From Gammaproteobacteria bacterium (lineage in GTDB: Bacteria > Pseudomonadota > Gammaproteobacteria > JAKDMP01), in assembly GCA_050739575.1 (NCBI GenBank), contig JBOIBN010000001.1, positions 26,608 through 90,607 on the forward strand: a stretch of DNA of 64,000 nucleotides, read 5' to 3'. Of the stretch, positions 17,664-27,822 are shown one piece after another. Position numbers and translations under genes: made by a program. The notes below the pieces were generated by a model that saw only the letters and a list, made by a program, of their open reading frames with translations, was not told the DNA's origin and ran no database searches. Within the stretch, counting starts at the first letter, position 1; every line of letters starts with the position of its first letter.

Positions 17664-19214
17664 ATGAGTGCCCCGACCCCGGTCCAGTCGAAATCGAATC
17701 AAAGCTCCAGCGCGGCAACGCTGGGCATCGTCTTCGATGCGGCGCCGGGGGTCGGAAACATCCTGATCGCGCAGGTGAATTTCGTCGGTACCGGCGCATC
17801 CGATCCAGCCGTCGCGCCGGACGGCACCTGGTACCCGCTCCTGAGCGGTTTGAATTACGGCACCATCTCCGGGTACAACGGTTGGCAGGATATCTGGTAT
17901 CACGAAGTCGAGAGCGGCGAAGCCAATTCCTACACCTTCGGCATCGGCGCCGCGACGCCGACCATATGGTCGGTGGTCGTGGACGAGTATTCCGGAGTGG
18001 ATGTCGCGAGCGTGCTCGACGTTGCGACAGTCCTCACGGCCACCGGCAACGGCAAGACGTTCGCCGCTCCGGCCAACACGACGCTCGACGCCAATGCCCT
18101 CGTGCTATTTTGCAACGTCTATTACGACGGAGCCAATCAGGTGTACACCGCGCCGTCCGGCTATTCGCAAGACGGCCTGAACTCGGTCGCGGGCGCCAAA
18201 AATGCAATTTGTTCGATCGCTCAAGCGACCGCAGGTGGGACGGGCACTCCCTCGGCTTCGATCAACGGATCCGTAAACAAGCTGTGGGGAGTCGCGCTGC
18301 TGGCCTTGAAGGCGAGTACCGCCGCACACGATTATGCGGCGGCCGCCGGAGCGTCTTACGCCCTCACCGGCGCCGCTGGCGGCACTGTGCAACGCATCGC
18401 AGCGGCCGGCGCGAGCGTGGCGCTTGCGGGTGCATCCGCCGGATCGGCTCAACGCAGCGGTGCAGCCGGCGGCGTATTCGTCGCTGGCGGCGCGGACGCC
18501 GGCATTGTGCTGCATTGGCTCATTGCCGGCGCCGGCGCCGCGTTCGCCGGAGCGGGCTCTCCTGCAGGTACCGCCCGGCGCGCGGGCGCTGCGGGTACAG
18601 CGTTTGCGCTGGCCGGTGCGGATGCTGCAGGCGCGCGGCGCAGCGGTGCAGCCGGCGGCGTGTTCGCATGGAGCGGTGCGCAGGCGACGATGCGGCTGCA
18701 CCTGTTCGTTGCGGGAGCCGGCGCGACTTTCAACTGGGTCGGTGCAGGTGCCTTCGGCACGGGCGTTCAGCGTTATTTCGGTGCGGCTTCCGGTGCCACA
18801 TTCGCGATCGCTGGCGCCCACGCCGTGATCGTCCTGCATTGGCACATCGCCGGTGCGGGTGCCGTTTTCGTCGCCAATGGCGCCGCTGCCGGGAGCGCGC
18901 AACATCGCGCCGCGGCCGGGGCGGACATGACGCTTGCGGGGAGCGCTGCAGCTTCAGCGCGGCGCGTCGGTGCGGCCGGCCCCGCATTCTCCACACAAGG
19001 CGCGGCGGCCGGATGGGTGGTGCGACTTTACGTCGCTGGCGCCGGGGCCGATTTCGAATGGCTGGGCGCGCCGGCCGGAACTCTTTTCAGCGGGCGCCGC
19101 GACTATCACGCGGTCACCGCGGTGGATCGCTCGCCGCGCTACGCGCTCTCGATGCAGCCCGGCATTCAAAGCGCCATTAACGGCGGCATTAAAGCCGTCT
19201 TCATCGAGGATTGA
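17664..19214 (+). CDS. Tail-region protein with ~12 tandem ~21-residue Ala/Gly repeats (AGAGAxF...)
   Basis: The N-terminal 220 aa are unique. They are followed by repeats such as AAGGVFVAGGADAGIVLHWLI and AGAGAAFAGAGSPAGTARRAG. Confidence 0.5.
   Translation: MSAPTPVQSKSNQSSSAATLGIVFDAAPGVGNILIAQVNFVGTGASDPAVAPDGTWYPLLSGLNYGTISGYNGWQDIWYHEVESGEANSYTFGIGAATPTIWSVVVDEYSGVDVASVLDVATVLTATGNGKTFAAPANTTLDANALVLFCNVYYDGANQVYTAPSGYSQDGLNSVAGAKNAICSIAQATAGGTGTPSASINGSVNKLWGVALLALKASTAAHDYAAAAGASYALTGAAGGTVQRIAAAGASVALAGASAGSAQRSGAAGGVFVAGGADAGIVLHWLIAGAGAAFAGAGSPAGTARRAGAAGTAFALAGADAAGARRSGAAGGVFAWSGAQATMRLHLFVAGAGATFNWVGAGAFGTGVQRYFGAASGATFAIAGAHAVIVLHWHIAGAGAVFVANGAAAGSAQHRAAAGADMTLAGSAAASARRVGAAGPAFSTQGAAAGWVVRLYVAGAGADFEWLGAPAGTLFSGRRDYHAVTAVDRSPRYALSMQPGIQSAINGGIKAVFIED
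18340..19080 (+). repeat. Degenerate 63-bp tandem repeat array (~12 units) inside the 17664..19214 gene
   Basis: Repeated gcngccggngcngg...ttcg... units are visible in the DNA and as 21-aa units in the protein. Confidence 0.6.
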
Positions 19215-19516
19215 ACGTGGCCACCATCTACATCGGCCGAGACAATCCGTTCAAATTGCAGGCGTCGGAAGACGGCGCCTCGATCGACCTGAGCGGCGTC
19301 ACCAAGATGGCGGTACGCGTCGGTGCAGCCGATACCGATTCCGATGCGAATCCGATACTCTTCGACTGGAGCGCCGGCGACGGCGTCGTCAGCATAATCG
19401 TCGGGCTCGTCCCCCAATTGAGCGCAGGCGCGAAACGGCTGCGTCTCATCGCCTATTCAGACGCATGGCCCGATGGGATCGTGCTGGGCGATCTTCCCGT
19501 CGATGTCACCGCGTGA
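19211..19516 (+). CDS. Hypothetical protein (101 aa)
   Basis: The ORF overlaps the upstream stop. The start codon is uncertain (TTG or GTG). Confidence 0.3.
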   Translation: MNVATIYIGRDNPFKLQASEDGASIDLSGVTKMAVRVGAADTDSDANPILFDWSAGDGVVSIIVGLVPQLSAGAKRLRLIAYSDAWPDGIVLGDLPVDVTA

Positions 19517-19544
19517 TTGGCCTCATCAACTTTGGAGCATCCCC

Positions 19545-20678
19545 ATGAATACCCTAAAATCCATCGGCTGCGCGATACTCAAAATTTTCGGGCATCCGTG
19601 TACGCAACCGCCGATGCCTTCCGCATTGCCGCGCCAACGCGGCGTCGTTTGCGTGTTCGGCGGCGCCGGCGGTGTCCAGCCGGGGATGCTGCAAACGCTG
19701 CGCGATACGTTCGGGCCGAACTGCAACAGCGTGCGGCTGTATCTTCACCTAAAGAATGTCGCCGCTGCCGCCAAGATCACGCTCGCCGGAGCCGAGCAGC
19801 TCGCTTATGCCTGGGCGGACGCAATGCTCGACGAGGCTTCGAAGCTCGGCATGAATTGCTGGATTCACCGCCGCTACTTCTACATGCCGGACGGCACGCT
19901 GATTGATCGCACGAGTCCGGACTTCTGGAACAATGTGAACGGCCAATTCGACCAGGCGCTCTCGCAGGTCACGGCAATGGCCACGCACTTCCACGCCCAC
20001 GGTGCGGAACTGGCGGGCTACGACATCATCAGCGAGCCCGTCGCGATCGTGAACGGCGTGGACCAAGTGCCGCCGGGCTATCTCGCGCGCCAGATCCAGA
20101 TCCTCGACGCGCTCGACAGCGGCGATGCCGCGCTCACGTCGAAGAACGGCACGCGCTACGCGATCGCCAAATTCGCCCCGTGGGCCGGTGCGGTCGGCTA
20201 TGCTGGCCAGCAGCCTGTTCCCGGCTTCCCGCGTCTCGTTTACGGCGTCCACTTCTACCAACCCAGGCCGTCCGTCTATGCGGGCGTCGAGAAACCCTAC
20301 GGCTTCCCCGGTCCCGGCTGGCCGTGCACGATTGGCACGACGGCATGGAATGCGGCCGAGTTGCAGAAGGTGTTGCAGCCGGCTCTCGACTTCGGGTCCA
20401 CCTACGGCGTGCGCATGAGTCTGAGCGAGTTCAGCTACGCCCGCTGGAGCGCCGGCGGCGAGCAGTGGCTGAGCGACCTCATCGGCATCGTCGAAGCCGC
20501 CGGCTGGGACTGGAACTATTTCATGGTCGGCGCCGCGCCTGGCGTGGTCGCTCAATGCTGGGCGGCCGAATACGATGCCTCCTTCACCCCGGCCGCCTTC
20601 GGCCTTCCGGGCGAAGTCGGCATCGGCGCATCGCCGCGCGGCAAAGCCCTAGCCAGCATTTTCCAGGCCATCAAGTAA
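19545..20678 (+). CDS. Glycoside hydrolase family 5-like protein (cellulase superfamily), last gene of the element
   Basis: GGAGCA lies 6 nt upstream of the ATG. The candidate acid/base Glu is in YDIISEP (GH5 NEP position). The candidate nucleophile Glu is in MSLSEFSY. VHFY lies between them. Confidence 0.45.
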   Translation: MNTLKSIGCAILKIFGHPCTQPPMPSALPRQRGVVCVFGGAGGVQPGMLQTLRDTFGPNCNSVRLYLHLKNVAAAAKITLAGAEQLAYAWADAMLDEASKLGMNCWIHRRYFYMPDGTLIDRTSPDFWNNVNGQFDQALSQVTAMATHFHAHGAELAGYDIISEPVAIVNGVDQVPPGYLARQIQILDALDSGDAALTSKNGTRYAIAKFAPWAGAVGYAGQQPVPGFPRLVYGVHFYQPRPSVYAGVEKPYGFPGPGWPCTIGTTAWNAAELQKVLQPALDFGSTYGVRMSLSEFSYARWSAGGEQWLSDLIGIVEAAGWDWNYFMVGAAPGVVAQCWAAEYDASFTPAAFGLPGEVGIGASPRGKALASIFQAIK

Positions 20679-20689
20679 GGAGAGCGGCC

Positions 20690-20941
20690 GAACGTTGTTT
20701 GCGCAACGTCTTCGCCGGCCTGGCGATGGAAAGTATCCCGATCCGGTACACGGTGGGCGGCGGCGCCGGCGTCGAACGCCAGGAACTGATCATCCGTTCG
20801 CGCCCCGACGGCTGGACCGGTCAGGGGCGCCTTTTATGACCCTTTACAGGCCTATAATTCGTCGTTCAGGGGTCGCCGCCTGCCGTGAAATTTCTTCGCA
20901 AACCAAGTGATCCAGATTCGCAAACCAAGTGAACGCTTACA
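20690..20941 (+). repeat. Mu-type right end (attR): three transposase-binding repeats, two direct and one inverted, with a terminal ...CA
   Basis: TTCGCAAACCAAGTGA occurs at 20895-20910 and again at 20917-20932. An inverted copy, CGTTGTTTGCGCAACG, lies at ~20690-20706. The reverse complement of the terminus, TGTAAGCGTTCACTTGGTTTGCGAA, resembles the Mu L1 site TGTATTGATTCACTTGAAGTACGAAAA. Confidence 0.6.
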
Positions 20942-21100
20942 CCTCCGATTTATTCAGAGGTTCCGTGTGGTGCATGGACGCACCACCGTGAATCGAACGC
21001 GTAAGTGCTTGATTCGGCGTAAGACGAGTCCGGGCATGTGCCGGACTCATCGCCTCTGAGCAATTCACGGATGAATTGATCAGAGTTTCCTAAGACTGCT
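20942..21100 (+). repeat. Intergenic ~160-bp repeat element, copy A, abutting the prophage end and upstream of liuB
   Basis: About 85% identical to copy B. It contains the hairpin GTCCGGGCATGTGCCGGAC and the palindrome CTCTGAGCAATTCACGGATGAATTGATCAGAG. Confidence 0.6.
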
Positions 21101-21157
21101 GCGGCGGATAATCGTGGCGCTACCCGCCATAATAGGCAGCGCACAGAGGAGGCCGTC

Positions 21158-22768
21158 ATGCCGACCCTTAAGTCCACGATAGACCGCAGCGGCAAAGACT
21201 TCGCCGCCAACCGTCGGAAAATGGAAGCGCTGGCCGGGGATCTGCGCGAGACGCTCGCCAAAACGGCACTCGGCGGCAGTGAGCGCGCGCGCAAAAAGCA
21301 TACCGACCGCGGCAAACTTCTGCCGCGTGACCGCATCGAGGCGCTGCTCGATCCCGGCTCGCCCTTCCTCGAACTCTCCCCGCTCGCCGCGCACGGCATG
21401 TACGAAGATGCGGCGCCGGCCGCCGGGCTCGTTGCCGGAATCGGTCGCGTTCATGGACGCGAGGTGATGGTGGTGGCAAACGATGCCACCGTGAAGGGCG
21501 GTACTTATTACCCGATTACGGTGAAGAAGCATTTACGCGCACAGGAAGTGGCGCTTGAAAACCGCCTCCCCTGCATTTATCTCGTGGATTCCGGCGGCGC
21601 CTTCCTGCCGCTGCAGGACGAGGTGTTTCCGGACAAGGAACATTTCGGCCGCATCTTCTACAATCAGGCGCGTCTCTCGCGCGAGCGCATTCCGCAGATC
21701 GCAGTGGTCATGGGTTCCTGCACCGCCGGCGGTGCCTACGTACCGGCGATGTGCGACGAGGCCATCATCGTGCGCAATCAGGGCACGATCTTTCTCGGTG
21801 GCCCGCCGCTGGTGAAGGCGGCGACCGGCGAAGTGGTGGACGCGGAGACACTCGGCGGCGGCGACGTGCACAGCAAGATTTCCGGCGTCACCGACTATCT
21901 GGCAGAGAACGATGCGCACGCCTTGCAGATCGCACGCGACATCGTCGCGCATCTCAATTACCAACGCCCGTCCTGGCTCGCCAAGAACGAACCGATGGAA
22001 CCACGCTACGCGGCGGACGAACTCTACGGCATCGTGCCGCAGGAAACGCGCTTCCCCTACGACGCACACGAAATCATCGCGCGCCTCACGGACGGCTCCG
22101 AGTTTCAAGAGTTCAAGGCCAACTACGGCAAGACGCTCGTCACCGGTTTCGCGCACCTGTATGGCTACCCGGTCGGCATCGTCGCCAACAACGGCATCCT
22201 GTTTTCAGAATCCGCCCTCAAGGGCGCGCACTTCATCGAACTGTGCGAACAGCGGCGCATTCCTCTCGTGTTTCTGCAGAACATCACCGGCTTCATGGTC
22301 GGGCAGAAATACGAAGCCGGCGGCATCGCCAAGGACGGCGCGAAGATGGTCACGGCCGTCGCCTGCGCGACGGTGCCGAAGTTCACCGTCATCATAGGCG
22401 GCAGCTTCGGCGCCGGTAACTACGCCATGTGCGGTCGTGCCTACGGCGCGCGTTTCCTGTGGATGTGGCCCAACGCGCGCATCAGCGTGATGGGCGGCGA
22501 ACAGGCCTCTTCGGTGCTCGCCACAATCAAGCGCGATGGCATCGAAGCCAAAGGCGGCAAATGGAGCGGCAAGGAAGAAGAGGAATTCAAAACGCCCCTA
22601 CGCGAACAGTACGAAACCCAGGGCCATCCTTACTACGCCTCGGCACGCCTGTGGGACGACGGCATCATTGATCCCGTCGACACTCGCCGTGTACTTGGCC
22701 TCGCCCTCGCCGTTGCCGAAAACGCGCCGCTCGAACCCGGCAGTCGTTACGGCGTCTTCCGCATGTGA
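21158..22768 (+). CDS. liuB: Methylcrotonyl-CoA carboxylase carboxyltransferase (beta) subunit
   Basis: 535-aa acyl-CoA carboxyltransferase, followed by a hydratase, a biotin carboxylase alpha subunit and HMG-CoA lyase (leucine catabolism). Confidence 0.8.
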   Translation: MPTLKSTIDRSGKDFAANRRKMEALAGDLRETLAKTALGGSERARKKHTDRGKLLPRDRIEALLDPGSPFLELSPLAAHGMYEDAAPAAGLVAGIGRVHGREVMVVANDATVKGGTYYPITVKKHLRAQEVALENRLPCIYLVDSGGAFLPLQDEVFPDKEHFGRIFYNQARLSRERIPQIAVVMGSCTAGGAYVPAMCDEAIIVRNQGTIFLGGPPLVKAATGEVVDAETLGGGDVHSKISGVTDYLAENDAHALQIARDIVAHLNYQRPSWLAKNEPMEPRYAADELYGIVPQETRFPYDAHEIIARLTDGSEFQEFKANYGKTLVTGFAHLYGYPVGIVANNGILFSESALKGAHFIELCEQRRIPLVFLQNITGFMVGQKYEAGGIAKDGAKMVTAVACATVPKFTVIIGGSFGAGNYAMCGRAYGARFLWMWPNARISVMGGEQASSVLATIKRDGIEAKGGKWSGKEEEEFKTPLREQYETQGHPYYASARLWDDGIIDPVDTRRVLGLALAVAENAPLEPGSRYGVFRM

Positions 22769-22847
22769 ATAAACCGTCTTTACATTCCGGCTCCGTTATT
22801 CCGGCGAAAAGCGGGATGACGAAATTTAGCCATGAACAGAAACAATC

Positions 22848-23626
22848 ATGACTGACAATGTATTGCTCGACACCGATGCAAGCGGAGTGGCGACGCTGAC
22901 GCTCAACCGGGCCGACAAACACAATGCTTTCGACGACACAATTATTGCGGAGCTGACGCAAAAACTAAAGCAATTGAATGGCGATAAAGCAGTACGCGTC
23001 GTCGTGCTCACTGGTGCGGGGAAATCCTTTTCGGCGGGTGCGGATCTCAACTGGATGCGCTCTATGGCGGGCTACGGCGAGAAGGAAAATCTCGAAGACG
23101 CGCGCGCGCTTGCCGAACTCATGGCCGTACTCGATCGTCTTGACAAGCCCACGATTGCACGCGTCAACGGCGCCGTGTTCGGCGGCGGCGTGGGACTCGT
23201 TGCCTGCTGCGACATCGCCGTCGGTACGCCGCGCGCGAAGATGGCGCTCACCGAAGTCAAACTCGGCCTTGCACCTGCGGTGATCGCGCCCTATGTCGTG
23301 CGTGTCATCGGAGCACGCCAGGCGCGGCGTTGGTTCCAGACCGCGGAAATCATGGAAGCTGATGCGGCGCAGGCCATCGGCCTGCTCCACGAAGTCGTCG
23401 CCGAAGATCAACTGGATGCGCGCGTCGCGACATTCGTCGACTCGCTGCTTGCCGCCGGTCCTCAGGCGCTTGCCGCGTCCAAGCAGCTGGTGGCAATGAC
23501 GAGCGAAGCGAACAAATCCGCCCTCGATACCCTGAAGCGCCAAACCGTAGAGTTGATCGCCCGACTGCGCGTTTCCGAGGAAGGCCAGGAGGGCCTCGCC
23601 GCCTTCCTGGAGAAGCGTAAACCCGA

Positions 23627-23645
<19 letters not shown>
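22848..23645 (+). CDS. liuC: Enoyl-CoA hydratase family (methylglutaconyl-CoA hydratase)
   Basis: Crotonase fold motifs GAGKSFSAGADL and FGGG are present in the ORF. Confidence 0.75.
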
Positions 23646-25611
<1,966 letters not shown>

Positions 25612-25615
<4 letters not shown>

Positions 25616-26547
25616 ACAACCTTCCGAAATCGGTCAAGATCGTCGAGGTTGGTCCGCGCGACGGGCTGCAGAACGAGAAGCAAATCGTTCCCGCGGCGGT
25701 GAAAATCGAATTCATAAACCGCTTGTCGCAATCGGGTCTGAAGGCCATGGAAGCGACGAGTTTCGTAAGCCCGGAGTGGATTCCGCAGCTTGCCGACGCG
25801 GCTGAAGTCTTTCAAAGCATCGAAAAGCACGCCGGGGTCGCCTACGCGGTGCTGGTGCCAAACGAGAAAGGCATGCAGCGGGCGCTGGATGCTGGTGCGA
25901 AGGAGGTTTCGATCTTCACCGCCGCATCGGAAAGCTTCAACCGAAAGAACATCAACGCTTCCATTGCCGAATCCATCGAACGGTTCAAACCGGTAATGGC
26001 TCTCGCTGCAAAACACGGCATCCGCGTGCGCGGCTACGTCTCCACTGCCATTGGCTGTCCCTATGAAGGTCCGATCACACCGCAAGCGGTGGCCCGCGTC
26101 GCTAGAGAACTCGCCGCGCTCGGCTGCTACGAAATTTCGCTCGGCGATACCATAGGCGTCGGCACACCCGTGAAGGCGCAACAGATGCTCGCCGCCGCCG
26201 CCGCCGAAGTGCCGATGGAAAAACTAGCCGTACATTTCCATGACACCTACGGTCAGGCGCTCGCCAACATCTTCGCTTGTCTGCAAATGGGTGTGAGCGT
26301 GGTGGATTCTTCCGTCTCCGGACTCGGCGGCTGTCCTTATGCGAAGGGTGCCACCGGCAACGTGGCCACCGAGGATGTGCTCTATCTGCTCACCGGCATG
26401 GGCATCGCAACCGGTGTGGACATGGGCAAGCTGCTCGATGCGGCAACATTCATCAACACCCAGCTTCAGCGCGCCCCGGCCAGCAAGCTCGGCCGCGTGC
26501 CCGCCGAAAGCCGGTGCGATCCCGGCACTCTGGAAATCCCCCGATGA
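25612..26547 (+). CDS. liuE: Hydroxymethylglutaryl-CoA lyase
   Basis: The N-terminus [15 protein letters not shown] is typical of HMG-CoA lyases. It has a GTGA overlap with liuD. Confidence 0.8.
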
Positions 26548-27641
26548 ACAAAAAAATAAGAATCGGGATTCTTTTCGGCGGGAAATCCGCGGAGCACGAG
26601 ATTTCACTGCTCTCCGCCAAAAACATTATTGACGCTCTCGACAAAGACAAATACGAGCCGGTGCTCATAGGCATAGACAAAAACGGCCGCTGGCTCATGA
26701 ACGAATCTTCGCGGTTCCTGCTCAACAGCAGCAATCCGAAACTCATCGCGCTTAACAAGACCGGCAGCGAAGGCGTCGCGCTCGCACCCCAGAGCGGAGG
26801 CCAGCTTACCAGTCTCGACAGCGGCCAACTGGACAAAGCCGTGGACATGGTGTTCCCCATCCTGCACGGCCCCTTCGGCGAGGACGGCACCGTCCAGGGG
26901 TTGCTGAAACTTGCCGGCGTGCCGTTCGTGGGCGCGAGTGTGCTCGGTTCCGCCGTCGGCATGGACAAGGATGTGATGAAGCGCCTGTTGCGCGACGCCG
27001 GCATTCCCACCCCGCGCTTTCTCAGCTTTATTCGAAGCCAGGCGCCGACATTCGAGGATGTAAAGCGCGAACTGGGTCTGCCGCTGTTCGTCAAGCCGGC
27101 CAATCTGGGTTCTTCCGTGGGCATCGGCAAGGCAAAAGACAAACCGGGATTTGAGCAGTCCGTCAGGGATGCCTTTCGTTACGATACAAAAATCGTTATC
27201 GAAGAAGCCGTGCCGGGCCGTGAAATCGAATGTGCCGTGCTCGGCAACGACGAACCGATCGCCTCGGTGCCGGGTGAAATTATCCCGACTCACGAGTTCT
27301 ACGACTACGAGGCTAAATATATCGACGAGCAGGGCGCCCGTCTGGAAGCTCCGGCAAAACTGGATGCCGATACGATCAAGCGCGTACAGGAACTCGCCAT
27401 CCATACCTTCAAGACCCTCAACTGCGAAGGCATGGGGCGCGTGGATTTCTTCCTCAAGGCCGACGGCACCTTGCTGGTGAACGAGATCAACACCATTCCC
27501 GGCTTCACCAGGATCAGCATGTACCCGCGGCTGTGGGCGCTTTCCGGCATTCCCTACTCCGAGCTTATTGACCGCTTGATTCGGCTGGGCGTGGAACGCT
27601 TCGAACACGAACAAAAATTGAGAACCTCAAATGACACCTGA
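26544..27641 (+). CDS. ddl: D-alanine--D-alanine ligase
   Basis: Start [25 protein letters not shown], with ATP-grasp motifs. It has an ATGA overlap with liuE. Confidence 0.8.
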   Translation: MNKKIRIGILFGGKSAEHEISLLSAKNIIDALDKDKYEPVLIGIDKNGRWLMNESSRFLLNSSNPKLIALNKTGSEGVALAPQSGGQLTSLDSGQLDKAVDMVFPILHGPFGEDGTVQGLLKLAGVPFVGASVLGSAVGMDKDVMKRLLRDAGIPTPRFLSFIRSQAPTFEDVKRELGLPLFVKPANLGSSVGIGKAKDKPGFEQSVRDAFRYDTKIVIEEAVPGREIECAVLGNDEPIASVPGEIIPTHEFYDYEAKYIDEQGARLEAPAKLDADTIKRVQELAIHTFKTLNCEGMGRVDFFLKADGTLLVNEINTIPGFTRISMYPRLWALSGIPYSELIDRLIRLGVERFEHEQKLRTSNDT

Positions 27642-27822
27642 CCGCGGCGTAAGGAGAACAATTCATGGGCGCGCAAAGCTTGCCGTTACATCGTGTACTC
27701 TCCGGCACTTCCCCAACGAGGCGCTCGGGCGCCGAAGCACAAGCCGACTCAGACGCTTCCCCGTCGCGCAACGCCGGCTTTTTGCGGTTCGCTGAACCCC
27801 GCACCGAAGCCCCTCAAGCATA

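Larger units (their letters stand above)
1..20941 (+). mobile_element. Mu-like transposable prophage, right ~21 kb; left end outside window. It is head-less: only the early region and the tail module are present.
   Basis: Ner and MuA homologues lie at the left of the window. Mu-type sheath, tube, N, P, gp45, gp46, gp47 and gp48 homologues follow in Mu order. The right terminus has Mu-like end repeats and a terminal CA at ~20940-20941. No capsid, portal, terminase or lysis genes occur anywhere in between. Confidence 0.8.

Noticed and set aside
15669-20678. Possible diversity-generating retroelement associated with the tail-fibre genes
   Set aside because: There is no reverse-transcriptase-sized ORF or YxDD motif anywhere in the element. 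The repeats in 17664-19214 are tandem intragenic, not a TR/VR pair.
27642-27822. A possible terminator or hairpin after ddl
   Set aside because: Only short GC hairpins without a following T-run. Not convincing.
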